A stretch of 64,000 bases of DNA from Geosiphon pyriformis uo1 (Eukaryota > Fungi > Glomeromycota): contig JAAOMT010000058.1 of the NCBI GenBank assembly GCA_016748015.1, positions 79,657 to 143,656 on the forward strand, in the 5' to 3' direction. Position numbers and translations under genes: made by a program. The notes beneath the pieces are model-generated. The model had not been told where the DNA came from, did no database searches, and saw nothing but the letters and a program-made list of their open reading frames with translations. The number at the start of each line of letters is the position of its first letter. The stretch's first letter is position 1. Positions 50,461 to 63,957 of this stretch are shown in pieces.

Positions 50461-51944
50461 TTATAATAATTAAATTATATTTTGTTTTATTTTAGGTGTT
50501 TTTTAAACTTATTAATATTTCTAAATAAAAAAATTAAATAAAAATTAATGTTATATTAATAATAATAATTAAAAATTATTGATTTAAGTAATAATTTTAA
50601 AAGTTTATAAAGTTTATATTTAATTTTAAATAAACAAAATAAGATTATATTTATAAATTTTATAAAAATATTCTTATTAGAATTAAAAAATAAAAAGTAT
50701 TGTATTAGATTATTTTTAAGTTTTATTTATTAAATATTAATAAAAATAAAAATAACAATAAATTTTAAAATTATTAAATATTTAAATACTTTTTTTAATT
50801 AAAATTACTTATATATATTTTTAATTATATAAATAATATTTAAAAATTTGTTATTTTTTATTATTTTTTATATTATTTTGTTATTATTAATTATAAATTG
50901 TTATTTTATATTATTAATAATTATTATATATTAATTTATATTATTTTATGTTATTTTATATTATTTAATTATGGTTTTTTTGTTATTAATTAGTTTTTTT
51001 ATTAAAATATATATTTTTTTAAATTTATTATATTTGTATAATATATCATTGTTATTTAAGTAATAAATTTTTGTAATTTATTAAATTAAAAGTTGGTTAT
51101 TTTTTCAATATTTTTAATTATAAAAATATTTATTATTAGATTTAATAATATTAAAAAGCAATATTTAAAAGTTAAGTACAATTAATAAATAATTTTATAA
51201 TATAAAATCAATTTTTTTTATAAACTATTTAATTTATTGTAAAACTTTTCTATTAAACAAATAGTTTATTTTATTTAAATATAATAACTGTATATTGAAT
51301 TGTTTATTATTTTATAAAAACAGTAATTATCTAAAAAAAAATTTTATAAGATTTTAAATTCAACTTATAAATTATTTAAGATTTTGTTTAGATTTTTTAT
51401 TATTTTGTTAATATAATCTGTTAGTTTTTTGAATATAATTTAATAAAATTAAAAATAATTGGTTTTAATTTTTTTTGTTAATTATCTTGTATTAGATTTT
51501 TATTTTATTAATTATAATTTCTAAATTTGTGTTTAATTTTTATTGTTATTAAAAATTAAAAATCTTTATATTCAAATTACCAATATTTTTTCAACTATAA
51601 AAAACTTTTTTTTATTTTAATATTTTAATAAAATAAATATAAACCAACTTTATAATTAAAAAATTAAAAAATTAATAAGTTTAATATAAAAAAATTTGGT
51701 TTTAATATAAAAATTTATTTTAACAAAATAAAATTCAAAATCTTAAAACTAACAATAAATTTAAAAAAAAATTTTAGAAAAAAAATAAAATTATAATTCA
51801 AATTTTAATATTTTAAATTAACATTAATATTTAAAAAATTTTTATTAAATATAATATTTTTTAAAAATAATTTAAATAAAACATTTAGTTTTAAAAATTA
51901 TCTTGAAAAATTATGTAATTTTTAACTTATATATAATATAAAAA

Positions 51945-53792
51945 AAAAATTTTTTTCTCTTTTTCATTCCAAATTTCTAAAAAAAAGTCAAAAAAGTTTT
52001 TTAAAAGAAGTTTTTTACAATTCAGTATGATAAATCCAAACTGTTTATGCTTAATTACAAGATTACTATTGGTCTTAGTATTGCTGTTATGAAAAAAGCT
52101 GTTAAAAATTCTGGCTCTAATGGTGGCTTCAAGACTGTTTTACCAAAAAAAAAGAGAAGAAGTAGTGTTTTGAAAGATAGTGTCAATGATAGAGAAGTTT
52201 TGACTAAGATTCAAAATGGTTATTCATAGAGTTCAGAAACTAGTAACACTACTGAGTCTGATAGTATTGATATGAAAAAGGAGTGCTTAATAGAAGAAAC
52301 CAGTTTTAATTATGGTAAAGATGGTGTTTTTGCTGATAAGAATTTTGATCAGACACTTAAAGATTCATAAGTTAAGACCAAGAAGGCATTAAGTAAGCCA
52401 TTAGAGAAAATTATTTTTTCAGATAGTGGTAATGATGATGAAGTTCTTTCAGATGCTCCTTTAGGACTTCTCTCTCCCTTGAAAAATTTGGTTAATGTTT
52501 CTGTTCATAAATTTTTTACTTTAGATATTAGACTGAATAATATTTCTGAAAAAATGTCTCAAGAGAAATGTATATTGGTTAAAAAATTGTTTTTAGGTGT
52601 TAATAGTTTTGGAGAAGAGTCTTTACTCTCTCAAAATTTGCTGAAATAGTTAGAGCAATATTCACTTTTGAATCAAGCTTAGTTTAAGCTTCAAATATGG
52701 TGTTATGAGATGGTTTTCTTGTTATATTTAATTGCTGATATCCCACTTTAATTGCAATCAGTCTTTTGTGAGTTTCTCAATTCTATTTGTGTGATAATGT
52801 CATTGTTACACTGAAGGCTTTCTTTTTACTGTTGTGATGTAAGTTATTCTTTAATTCTTGATTGTTGTGTGTGTTTATGTACTCCTTCTCAGAGGCTGAA
52901 CTGAAATCTACCCACTGTCTGGGGTCTTCTCTGAGGCTATCCTTGCAATTGCCTAATGTGTTTCTCTAATCTAGAAACACAGAATGTTAATGGTTTTTAG
53001 CACTTTTCTAATTCTCACAATAAAGCTTTTATCAATTAGTAACAACGTAAATAATCTTGATCAAGGATTATTCTTCCAAGGGATTCAGTTGATGAATGAT
53101 AGTTTCATTCAATAAATAATACAAATAAGTTTCTTAATACTTTGGGTTGTGATAGTTCCATTTTAAATATTCTTTTTCATTTCTTTTTGATTTTTAAAAG
53201 TTTCTTGGGATATTTAATTTAAAAGTATGATTTGATAAGTTATGATTTTTATTACTTGATTTTTTTTTTTCCAATATTAAAACTACTGTATATATACATG
53301 TTTGTAGTTCTACGAGAAAATACTTTCTTTTTGATATTTCAACCTGGTGTTTGCTGCTATCACCAGTTGGTGTTGGCTGCTATTGTGAACTGGTGCTTGC
53401 CACTATCGCGAGATGGTGTTTGCTACTATGTTAATCATTACCTTTCTAAGATTATTATTGTGCTATATTATGATTGAATAGTTTGTATTATTTTTATGAT
53501 TCTTTTTGCTAAATTCTTAAACCGTAACAATGGCAAAGATAGTAAAGATTTTTGTAAACACTAATCTTAAAAAATCTTTTGTGCATTCAGATCAGACTGT
53601 GGTGTTAAAAAAAGTTCCAATTGGTACTTCAGTTGAGGCTGTACATACTGTGCTTTTTGAGTTTGGTGCTGTTGTGTTGATCAAAATGCAGTTGGTGAGA
53701 CTGTGACAAAAAGCTGTGGTAGAGTTTACCTAATCAGATTAGACTGATTTGGTTACAACTAGATAGTCTGTCTTAATCGAGAAAGATGCCAT
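51945..53792 (+). mobile_element. 5' part (ORF1) of a LINE of a related subfamily, interrupted by a solo LTR
   Basis: Same 5' motif; MKKAVKNSGSNGGFKTVLPKKKRR; later KKVPIGTS and LIKMQLV, homologous to IKEIPMNM and LIKIQLIG in the other copies. Confidence 0.8.
52701..53529. mobile_element. Solo LTR (family C, 829 bp)
   Basis: TGTTATG...CCGTAACA termini, ATGG duplicated at 52697-52700 and 53530-53533; internal ctggtgtttgctgctat repeats at 53345-53430. Confidence 0.85.
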
Positions 53793-54684
53793 TATTACAG
53801 GTAATTATTTGGGGTCTCAAAGCAAATAACAAACCCATAACTTGGTGCTAAATTGATATAAAGATATTGGTGATATCTGAAAATTGTTTGTATCTGAAGG
53901 TCTTTAAAATTTGAAGGTTTGGGTTGGAGTTTTTTGTATAATAGACAGAGATTTAATAGTGTCTCAGTAGTCTTCCAGAATCACAATTCTGTTGAATTTT
54001 TTTCTCAGTATAATGACTGGTAATCTGGCAGAGATACCATTCTGGTAAGCTATTCTTGAATTATTAAACTTTATATCCTTCCTTTGGGGTTTTTTACCAG
54101 GCTATCTTTGACATCAATAACTCAGTACTTTATTTTTTAATCAATTAATCAACAACAAAAAATAACAAAATAACACAGAAAAAAAAATAAAAAAAAATAA
54201 AAAAATAAGCCAAGGCAATAAATGTTAGTATTCTGTCAATAGCTATAATTAAGAGCTATTGTTCCAGTGTGGTTAAGTATCGATTACTATCAATATGAAG
54301 AGTTGATAGTGAAGAGTGGATTTGAGATAGTGAATAATTATTTATTAATATTTGTGATATGAAAGGTTGCTTAGATTAAATCTAAACTGAGAGGTCTGTC
54401 TTTTCTACTTCTAATGCTACCACTATATATACATAATTGAGATTCCTCAATTCCTCAATTCCTCAATTCTTCACACCAGGAATCCTAGAATTCTTGGAAT
54501 CCTGCAATTTTTTTGAGAGGAATCTTGGAATTCTGGAATCCTGTAATTTCTCATATAAGAATTCTAAAATTCCTGAAATCTTGCAATTCCTCTGAAAAAA
54601 ATCCTGGAATTTTACATTTTACTATATCTACCTCTAATTGGCTAATTTATATGCTAATATACTTTTTATATTCTATAAATAACA
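53793..54684 (-). mobile_element. Solo LTR related to Gypsy family A
   Basis: Shares aataacaaacccataacttggtgct, aagagctattgttccagtgtggttaagtatc and the GGAATTC array with the family A LTRs; CCAT on both sides. Confidence 0.88.
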
Positions 54685-57600
54685 CCATCCATAATTGTGT
54701 TGACCATAGATTTGATTTTACTTAACTCCAAAATCAATTTATTATCCACAACCAGATGATCAAGAATAATTTTCTGAAAAGATCAATTCAAAACATTCTT
54801 GATCATTTTATTTTTATTAGAACAAAAGTTTTTTATCTATTTATTTATAGCTTTTCTAATTGAATTATTTTTGACAACTCTAAACTTATAATATTTGGAC
54901 TTTTGGTAACTCTTTTTGACTTTTGACAAATGAATCTGAATTATCTTTACACTTACATTATTATTGAGCATTACATGTGCTTTGGCTACTTTTTTCATGT
55001 CAATAATAAACCAAGTATCAAGAAAACAAATGGCATTCAAACACTAACCTGAACTTATACTCTTCATAAGTTTTGATACCAACAACTTTAACTTGAAAAA
55101 CCTTGACAAAAGCTTATTTCTAAAACAATCAAATTTACTGAACCACAGCTTAGAAAAAATCTTATTAGCAAAGCTGACCACAACATCCTTTAAAACTTTC
55201 CACATAGTATTCAAATTACCACAATTTCTAACACTATTGAATTGAAGCAACAATTTTGAGAATTTGTCTAAAAAGTACTTCTTAAACCAGAACCACTTGT
55301 TAGCATTGACATCTTTAATCTTGAACTTCTACTTATTTTTATTTGTCTGTTTATGCTTTACAACAAGACAAACATCCAAAAGACCACCTAAACCAATTGT
55401 AATTGAGACAGCTTTGTAATTAGTATCAAAAAACTCAAAAACAAAATTAACTTTATGACTAGTAACAGCAAATACCAGACTTTGATTTACAAAAATGAAG
55501 TCAATAACTTTTTCAACATCTTTAAAATTGCTTCAAGTAAAAGTCTTAACCAAAGAGTATTTACCAAATGAATTGACCAAATTCAAATCCAAACAAAACC
55601 TGAAACTTGAACTTTTTTTAAACCCATTCTTATTGAAATTTCCACTCAAGACTATGAAACTGCTAGAGTTGACTGCTTTAACTATAAGAAAATTGACTTT
55701 CAAAGTAAGATTAAATCTAATCTCAGCAAAAACACCAGCATATAAATTTAGAATTGAAACTAAAAGCTTGTTTTTGAAAAGAAGCTGTACTAAAATAATT
55801 CAACTTAGAACTTCTTTAATCTTAGAAACATAACATGTAATAAAATTATTTATGATAATAACTATCTTAGCACCAAGAAACCTCTTGTTCAAACCAGATG
55901 AAAAAATTCTTACTCTATCAAACTTGTTCACAATTCATGGCCTAATGCTAGATCTTAATTTTGTTTCTATAATAATCAAAACCATATTTTCTGATTTTTT
56001 ATGCCAACAAACAATGTTTTTCTGCTTAGCAAGAACATTAATACCTCGAACATTGCATGTAGCAATCCTTTAGACCAATTTACTTATTAATAGAAAAAAA
56101 ATACCAAAGAACTTAGACCAGCACACAACTGATCTAATTTCACTAGAATTGAACTAACAGAGACTTTGAAAGCCACCAATTTCGATTCTAAACATTTTAT
56201 TTTAGTAGTCAAATCTTTTAAACTACTTAAACCCAAAGCTGAAACACTAAAAAAAACAAAAGAAAAAGACAGAAACATCAACTTAAGACCATTCAAAATC
56301 ATATTTAAACCCAAATTCATATTAACAGCCATTGAAATAGCCAAGACATAAAAGGAAAAAAGAGGAGCCAGCAGCACCAATTTTATATTGCTGAGTTTGC
56401 ACACTAAACCAAAAACTTAATTCATTAAAAGCTCTAAGAAACATTTCAAAAAGACCAAATAAGCATCCAAAGATGAGTTATTAGATAAAACAAGAAAAAG
56501 ATTACCACTCAAATCTAAGGCACTAAAAAAGAAGAAACCAGAACCAAAACCATAAACAAGATGAGAAGTACTGAAAAAAAAGACAAAGAAAACTATTTGA
56601 GCTTATAATTTGCCATCAAAAGTGGCAAAACAAGAGATAAAAACATTTTTTTTGGTGTACAATCTGGCTAATTGAAGATGATTTACATTAGAAGCAGACT
56701 TTTTAAATGATCTTAAAAGCTTGGAAGTAGATACAACCATTGTACTACACTCCAAAGCAAAATAACCAAACCTTTTATATTTTTTATATTACACCAGATC
56801 TATTCTTGTTCAAGAGAGTTTAATACCACCAAAAATTGATTCTGTATAAAATACAAACTCCAATTTTTCATTAAATTCAAAACAAATTACAGCACAACAA
56901 ACTTTATTGCCAGTTTCTAATAATTAATTTATGGTGCAAGTTTTTTTACCAACTCTTTTTAATAAAATGTCCAGATCATAAACCATTGTTCTCACAAGTA
57001 AGGTAAACAAAAACACTTTAAACTAATTCTTAAATGTCCAAACTTTATGATCCTCTACAGTCTTGGCTATATGTACAGAATCTTTTCTGATTAAGAATGA
57101 CCACTTTGAAATCAACTAATTAGTTTAATCTAATTTGGCAAACTCCACTATAGCTTTCTGCTACAGCCCAATCAATTGCAACTTAATAGACACTATTTGT
57201 TCATATTTGGCTATTGCAACAATAATTATTTTTTTTGATGTATCTATAAGAATTTTTTTAATAATTATAGCTTGATCCAACCTGATTCTTTGTCTCTTGA
57301 GATTGCTATTTACTTTAATATCCTTATCTTTAGCCAATGATATGGCTTTATTCATGCTCTCTTTTAAAGTAAATATTGATCAGATAATTTTTTCATATTT
57401 TGAGAGGGTAATAGTTCTTCCAAAACCATTAATATTTGAAAATAATTTTCTAATCAGCTGAGTTTTTGCCATTACCAATTTTTTTTTTACTGCAGAAAAA
57501 TTGATATCCAAAGCAAATAACTTTTTAACAAATGCCTCTATTTGAAACTTAACAATCTTTAAGTTGATCAATTTTCTATCCAAAAGGATAAGTAAGTGAA

Positions 57601-58090
57601 GAAAAAAAGAGATCTCATTATTATTTATATCAAAGTTTGGAGAACTGAGTAAAGAGCCAAAACCAGTATCAACATTAATACATTTAGTTTTAAAAATAGT
57701 AGTAGTCAAGTCCAGAAGAAACTTACTATTAACACCAGATATTTCAATATTTTTCTTATTATTAAACAAACTATTCACATCAGAAAACATATTATTACCA
57801 GACTCAGATTTAATTAAAGATATATCTTTCTTATTACCAAAATGTTTTATATTTTCAAGAACAACTTTCTTCTTCTATAAAAAAAACCACTAGCAGAATT
57901 ATAAAAAACACTTTTAAGCATTTTTTTTTAGACATATTACTAATCAAAACAACTTCCAACTCCATAAAAAAAGAATTATTAAGTAAAAAAATATTGATAT
58001 AAATTAATGAAAACAAAAACAAAAAACTTCTTTTTTAGAAATGTGTTCTTTAAAAATTATTTGGTCATAAAAAAAAAAGAAGTTTTTCTG
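54685..58090 (-). mobile_element. 3'-truncated degenerate LINE (ORF1 + APE + start of the RT linker)
   Basis: 57960-56090 is homologous to ORF1 of the 25.5-42.9 kb element (KTQLIRKLFSNINGFG, IKLQLIGL). APE motifs ATCNVRG and IETKL ~56070-55500. FSKLWFSKFDC matches the region upstream of RT. Confidence 0.85.
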
Positions 58091-58567
58091 TAATAAATAT
58101 AGTTAATTAAAATATAATAATACAATTTATTAAAATACTAAGTATTTATACATGTTTTATTTATATATATATATATTTTTATTTAATTATTTAATTTTAT
58201 TATTTTACATATTCAAATAATAAATAAAAATTATAATAAATACATAATTATTAATTTTTTATTTAATCAAAATTATTATATATTATATTTTTTAATAATT
58301 AATTAAATAAAATTATAATTATAATAATAAAATTAAAAAATAAATAATTTATTAATATTATTAACAAAATTAAAAATAAAAAAATTGGTTAATTAAAAAA
58401 AATAATTAAGCAATTACCAATTTTAAATTATAAAAAAAGATAAAATATTAAAAAAAATATAATAAAAAAATAATAAAACATATAATTAAAATTAAGTTAA
58501 TCTAATTTAAAATAATAAAATACAAACATATAATTAAATTATTTTGATTACTATAAAAATATATAAT

Positions 58568-58615
<48 letters not shown>

Positions 58616-58950
58616 TTTTTAGTTAAAATTTTTTTTGAATAAAGTATTAAATAAATAAAAATCAAATTTTTGTTTTTTAAATATTAAATATTTATTTTAA
58701 TTCTTTTTTTTTTTATATAAAAAATTTTTTCAAAAAATTATTGAAAAATAAAACATAAAAAATGAAATTTAACAAATAAGATTTATTTTTATATATTAAT
58801 TAAAATATTAATATTAACAAAATAATTTAAGCATTTACAATTAATAGATAGATAAATATCAAGTCATTAGAATATTCTTTTATAAAAGCAAAATTCCAAT
58901 AAAATATTTTCAACTTTCTCAAAAATTGTTAAAAAAATTTTTTTTTAAGG

Positions 58951-59733
58951 CTAATTAGATTTTGGTAAACTTTTGGTATATGTTTCTATGATGTTATTTA
59001 TGTTTAGATTTTCACAAAATTTCATGTTTTTTCCAAAATATGGACCATAACGAAAATCATCTGGTTTCCCAGTTTTTTTTGAAAATCTGACTTCATGGTC
59101 ACGAGCATTACATTCCTAAAAAAAAAGAAAAGAAGAATAAAGAAAAAAAAGGTTAAAAAAATTAACAAGGTCAATAAAAATTATTTTAATAAATGATAAA
59201 TCTATACCGGATGTTCTTTATATGAAATTGTGGAAAAGCACTTGTATACTATTGGATGATTATTTTCGGGACAATTACAGTTTAAAGTTTTTTCATCTTC
59301 AATCCAAAATTCAGGTTTGAAATGTCTAAATTCCTCAGAAGGTATAGGGTATGAATTAAGCGGTATCTCACTTTCATCACTCCATCTCAAAAATCTTCTT
59401 GGTCCTTTGACAGGGATTCCAGGTAACCAATCATCCATTAATGTGACACGAAAAATCTCGATATTGGGGAGGGGGAGATTTTAGCAGAGAATTTTTTTTG
59501 AAAATTGAATTCAAAAATAAAGTAATCAAGAAATTTTTTTTTTTACCTCAAGTCTGGATTGAGCAAAAGCTGTAAAAATGTCATTTCCCATTCTCGGTTG
59601 GCCAAAACTAACAAGAATTAGTTTCTTTTCTGGTTGATACTTTTCGAAAAATTCCAGAGCAGCAAAGACTGCGTAGGCTAATTTGAATATATATTATTAG
59701 TGATATATCATTTTTAATATATATATATTTTTA

Positions 59734-59766
<33 letters not shown>

Positions 59767-60624
59767 TTTTTAATTTAAAGAAACTCACGAGTGCTTTCCC
59801 CAAATCCAGTGAACTCAAAATTAGAAAAATTAGGTTTTGGCGGCAATTTTTTCAAATAGGATTCAAGAGAAAGGAAGAAAATTTCTCGACCATATTTTTC
59901 CCATTTTTTGTAATAGTTTAGTGCGATCCAGGCACCAGGTACTTTTGGGAATTGAATGAGTTGTGATGATAACCATAAATTTTGTGTCAACTTTTTAAAA
60001 TTTTCGACATGATTATAGGCGAAACCAAATGTGATTTTTGAATTATCGTGTGCTAAAGAGGAAATTGAAATTCGACGCTCGACTATCATCAATAAAGTTT
60101 TCAAATGGATTAGAAGGGAAGGGAATGGAATGGAATGGAATGGAATGGCATGGAAGGAAGGGGGAAGAAAATGGAAAGAAGAGGAGTAGGGAAAAAAAAC
60201 TGAATCCTAAAAACAAAATGGTTATAGATTGAGCACCTTTTTCTTGACCAATTTGATGTTGTAGATAACAGTGTGCAGTCCAGGCTAAGTTTGCTTTGCT
60301 AGCAAGTAAGTTTAAAATATCTTTATCCTTGACAAGAGTTTTTTCTAAATAAACACTTGGAATATTCCTTGTTTTTAAATCAAATTTTTCAGATTGATTG
60401 GTTAATTCATTTGTTTTTAACATTTGCTGCTGCTGGTGCTTTCGGTGATGGTAATGGTGATGGTAATGGTAATGGTGATGATAATGATGATGATGATGAT
60501 GATAATTATGTTTTTGATTATTATAAAGAGATTTGAATGTTTTATCATTTCTCATATAAGCTATAAACAAAAAAATAATAACCATGAAAATATATTTGAA
60601 CACCTTTCTAAATTCTTTAAACAT
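58951..60624 (-). CDS. Secreted or membrane-anchored class-3-lipase-like protein A, predicted catalytically inactive, 5 exons
   Basis: Exons 60624-60237, 60082-59789, 59677-59547, 59456-59208, 59115-58951; one weak donor and one GAG acceptor. N-terminal hydrophobic stretch, His tract, FTGFGEST, SFGQPRMGN, FRVTLMDDWLP, EFWI, GPYFG. Confidence 0.78.
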
Positions 60625-61293
60625 TTAAGTACTTTTTTGTTGTTGTTGTTGTTGTTATTATTTTTTTTGAAAATAATTAAATTTTTCCTATATATATGGA
60701 AATTTTTTAATGAATCATTTAAGGAATTTTTAAAATAATCAATTTTTTTTTATAAATTTTAAATCAGATCGAGTATTTAAGGATTAATAGAAAAAGGAAT
60801 TCGAATCCGGGGAATCTTTGATTTGAGAATTTTGATGTAAATCTTTATAATTAAAGATATCAGTAACACATAATGTACTTATCAAAATATTCGATTTCTT
60901 ATCCAAATTTATCATGAGATAAACAAAATTTATTCTCTATATAAACCCCTATCACGCAAATAATCATTTAAACGTTTCATCGAGGGATGGATTAACTTTT
61001 TAAAGAGAATGAAGGGGGGGGGAGGGGGGATGGAGGAGAGAGGGGGAGTTTATATATATAAACCGAAACATCATGATTCAAATAAAAATAAATATAGAAA
61101 ATCTTTGTTATCTGTTCATTTTTAACAAACATTGCAAATCTTTTTTTTTTTATTTTTATTTTGCTAAAATATCTGTTTCCTTTTTTTACTTAAAAAGCTT
61201 TTGTATCGAAGCAAAAAAAAAAAAAAAAGTTTTTTGTTTCCAAAATACATGTACAGTACATGACAAACCTTTTTTTTTTAATTTTTTTAAAAA

Positions 61294-61504
61294 ATGCAAA
61301 AATTTAAAAGCCCAATTTTATTTCTTGGAATTTTTTTCTTTTTATTTCCTTTTTTCTTCTCAGGTCTTGATTTAATTTCTTATCTTCAATTTAAAGTTAA
61401 ACGAATAAAAACTTTAATCGAAATTATAAGAAATGAGAATAATCTTTTCCAAAAATCCTACAATAAAAACTTTTCTTTCTCTAATCAAAAACATTTTATA
61501 ATTG

Positions 61505-61540
<36 letters not shown>

Positions 61541-61843
61541 TATCATTTCAAAAAAGAAATCACTCTAAAAGATCAATAAAAAATTTTAATGTTAAACTGG
61601 TGAAAGTACAGAATGAAATTTCAGATGTATCTTTCGTAAAAAGACCTATTCACGATCAAGATATTTTACTCGAATTATCATCTAATGCAGCTTTTGCTTG
61701 GGAAGCATCTTGTCAACAAATTTTTGAAACCAAAAAAAGTTATTTATTAAATAAACAACTTAAGAATAGAGTTTGGGGTAAGTGAAATTTATTATTTTCT
61801 ATAGTTGCTTTGATAAAAATTAAAAAATTCTTTTTTTTTTAAA

Positions 61844-61914
<71 letters not shown>

Positions 61915-62293
61915 CAACAACAATAACAACAACAACAACAACAATAATAATTATAATTATAATTATAATTATAATAATGTTTACAATAAAAAAAAGCAAT
62001 ATTTTCAAAGAAAACGATTGCTTTTGGTGCTTTTGAAGATGATTTTAATTACTACACAACATATGGGATCAATCGGAAATGGGATTTGATTACTTACCCT
62101 GATGTAGAATATGGGTTGGTCTCAAAGGTTTTTTATAATCGTTGGAAAAGATATGCGGCTAATTTTTGGCAAAAATTGGAAAATTTTGAAAAGCAAGATA
62201 ACTCTATAGAATTCGCTCATCCCTATACATTTACAGGCTTCGGTTATGGCGGTAGTATGTATATAAATTTTTTATTTTTTAATTGTTTTTGAA

Positions 62294-62336
<43 letters not shown>

Positions 62337-62982
62337 TTTATTTTTTTTATCATCTAATAATTTTTTTTTTATTAGTTTTAGCGGTATTTGCTGCTCTTGA
62401 ATATAAAAAAAAGTATAAAGAAGCATCAGTAAGTCTGATTACCTTTGGTCAACCAAGAATTGGGGATGAACTATTTATTTATCACATCGAACATATATTG
62501 AATAAAGCTTGGAGGGTGACTAATGGTGATGATTGGGTACCTAATTTTCCAATTGATGGTCATAATCGTGAAAGAAAAAATTTTGAAGGTACATGGTCAA
62601 CATCCCCAAAAATTTTATATAACCATCTTCGAAAAGAATTTTGGATAGATTCTACATGTGATTGTCAAGATAATCCAACAATCTATTTATGTTATCATAC
62701 CGCTACTTTATATGAGCATGAGGTATTTTCTTGAATATAAAATTTTTTATTATGATTTTAAAAATTTTTTTTATTCATTCATAATCATCTAATCTCAATC
62801 TTTTTTTCTTATTTTTTAAGGAATGTAATGGAAGAAATCATTATCATAAAAATTTATATCCCGCAGATAATTGGGAAGATTCAATTAAATATTATAGAGA
62901 ATTACATCCTGATAATCAACATTTCGGTCCTTATTTTAAATATACAATGTTACAAGGTTGTCCTTCAAATATAATCGATTAG
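61294..62982 (+). CDS. Secreted or membrane-anchored class-3-lipase-like protein B, predicted catalytically inactive, 4 exons
   Basis: Exons 61294-61777, 61997-62254, 62376-62722, 62821-62982. Hydrophobic N-terminus, poly-Ser, FTGFGYGG, TFGQPRIGD, RVTNGDDWVP, EFWI, HFGPYF. Confidence 0.8.
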
Positions 62983-63002
62983 ATGATAATATAATAATAA
63001 TA

Positions 63003-63038
<36 letters not shown>

Positions 63039-63536
63039 TAATAATAGATTTTTTAAAATTATCAAAATGAGAATAGAAAATTTTTTTTAATTTAATTAAT
63101 AATATATTAACTACATTTATTCTTAACAAAATGAAAATTTAAATATACGAAATAGAAATTTTTTTTGATTAATAAAGAAATATTTTATTATTATTCTAGC
63201 GGTTTTTTAATTTTAAATGTTTACAAATATATATATATATAATTAAATAATAATTACACCCAATACCGGAAATCTTTTGGTAGGTTCATTTAATGAAAAA
63301 AATTTCTTTGAAAATTTTTTTTAATGGGTTTTCTATAAGTTAATAGAATTTCTGGAAAAAATGGTTGTAAAAATGAAATTTGAATTTTTTAAATAATGAA
63401 AAAAATTATCTTTTCATCATCAATTATGGATAAAATAATCGATAAATATATTGCTTAAATTTCTTGAGTAAAATGATGATTGATGATGATGAATGATAAA
63501 AAATTGCGAATGATATTGTTTTCCAGAATTTTACTT

Positions 63537-63597
63537 TCTTGGTTTCTGGTTTCTGGTTTCTGGTTTCTGGTTTCTGGTTCTTGGTTCCTGGTTTCTG
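63537..63597. repeat. (GGTTTCT)n heptamer tandem repeat
   Basis: About 8 near-perfect copies. Confidence 0.9.
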
Positions 63598-63957
63598 ACC
63601 CAAATATTCATTTACAGAATTAACGGGATTGATACGAGATTGAAAAAATTCCCTTATTTTCAATCTGCTTCTAAAAATTATCAGATTAGAGATATATGCA
63701 CTATTTTATCATTAAACGTCATACCTGATAACAATTAATTTACATGATACAGTGATGACGATAAACTTACCAAATTTAGTCACTCTGAAAGCATGAAACA
63801 AGGAAAAATCCATTCACCCTCGTGTAAGTTTGTTTAATAAGCAGATCAAAAAATTAAAAAAAAAAGTAACTTGATACATGATTACACAATGTTATGAATA
63901 ACCCATTTATTAAGGCAATGAATAACTTTTTTACAGATATCAAAAGTGTAATGGGTG

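Noticed and set aside
48300-51900. Mitochondrial or endosymbiont insert to explain extreme AT content
   Set aside because: No organellar or bacterial gene remnants; the left part aligns with the local LINE after C>T/G>A conversion.
63537-63597. Possible telomeric repeat
   Set aside because: Short, internal and not TTAGGG-like; treated as a simple heptamer repeat.
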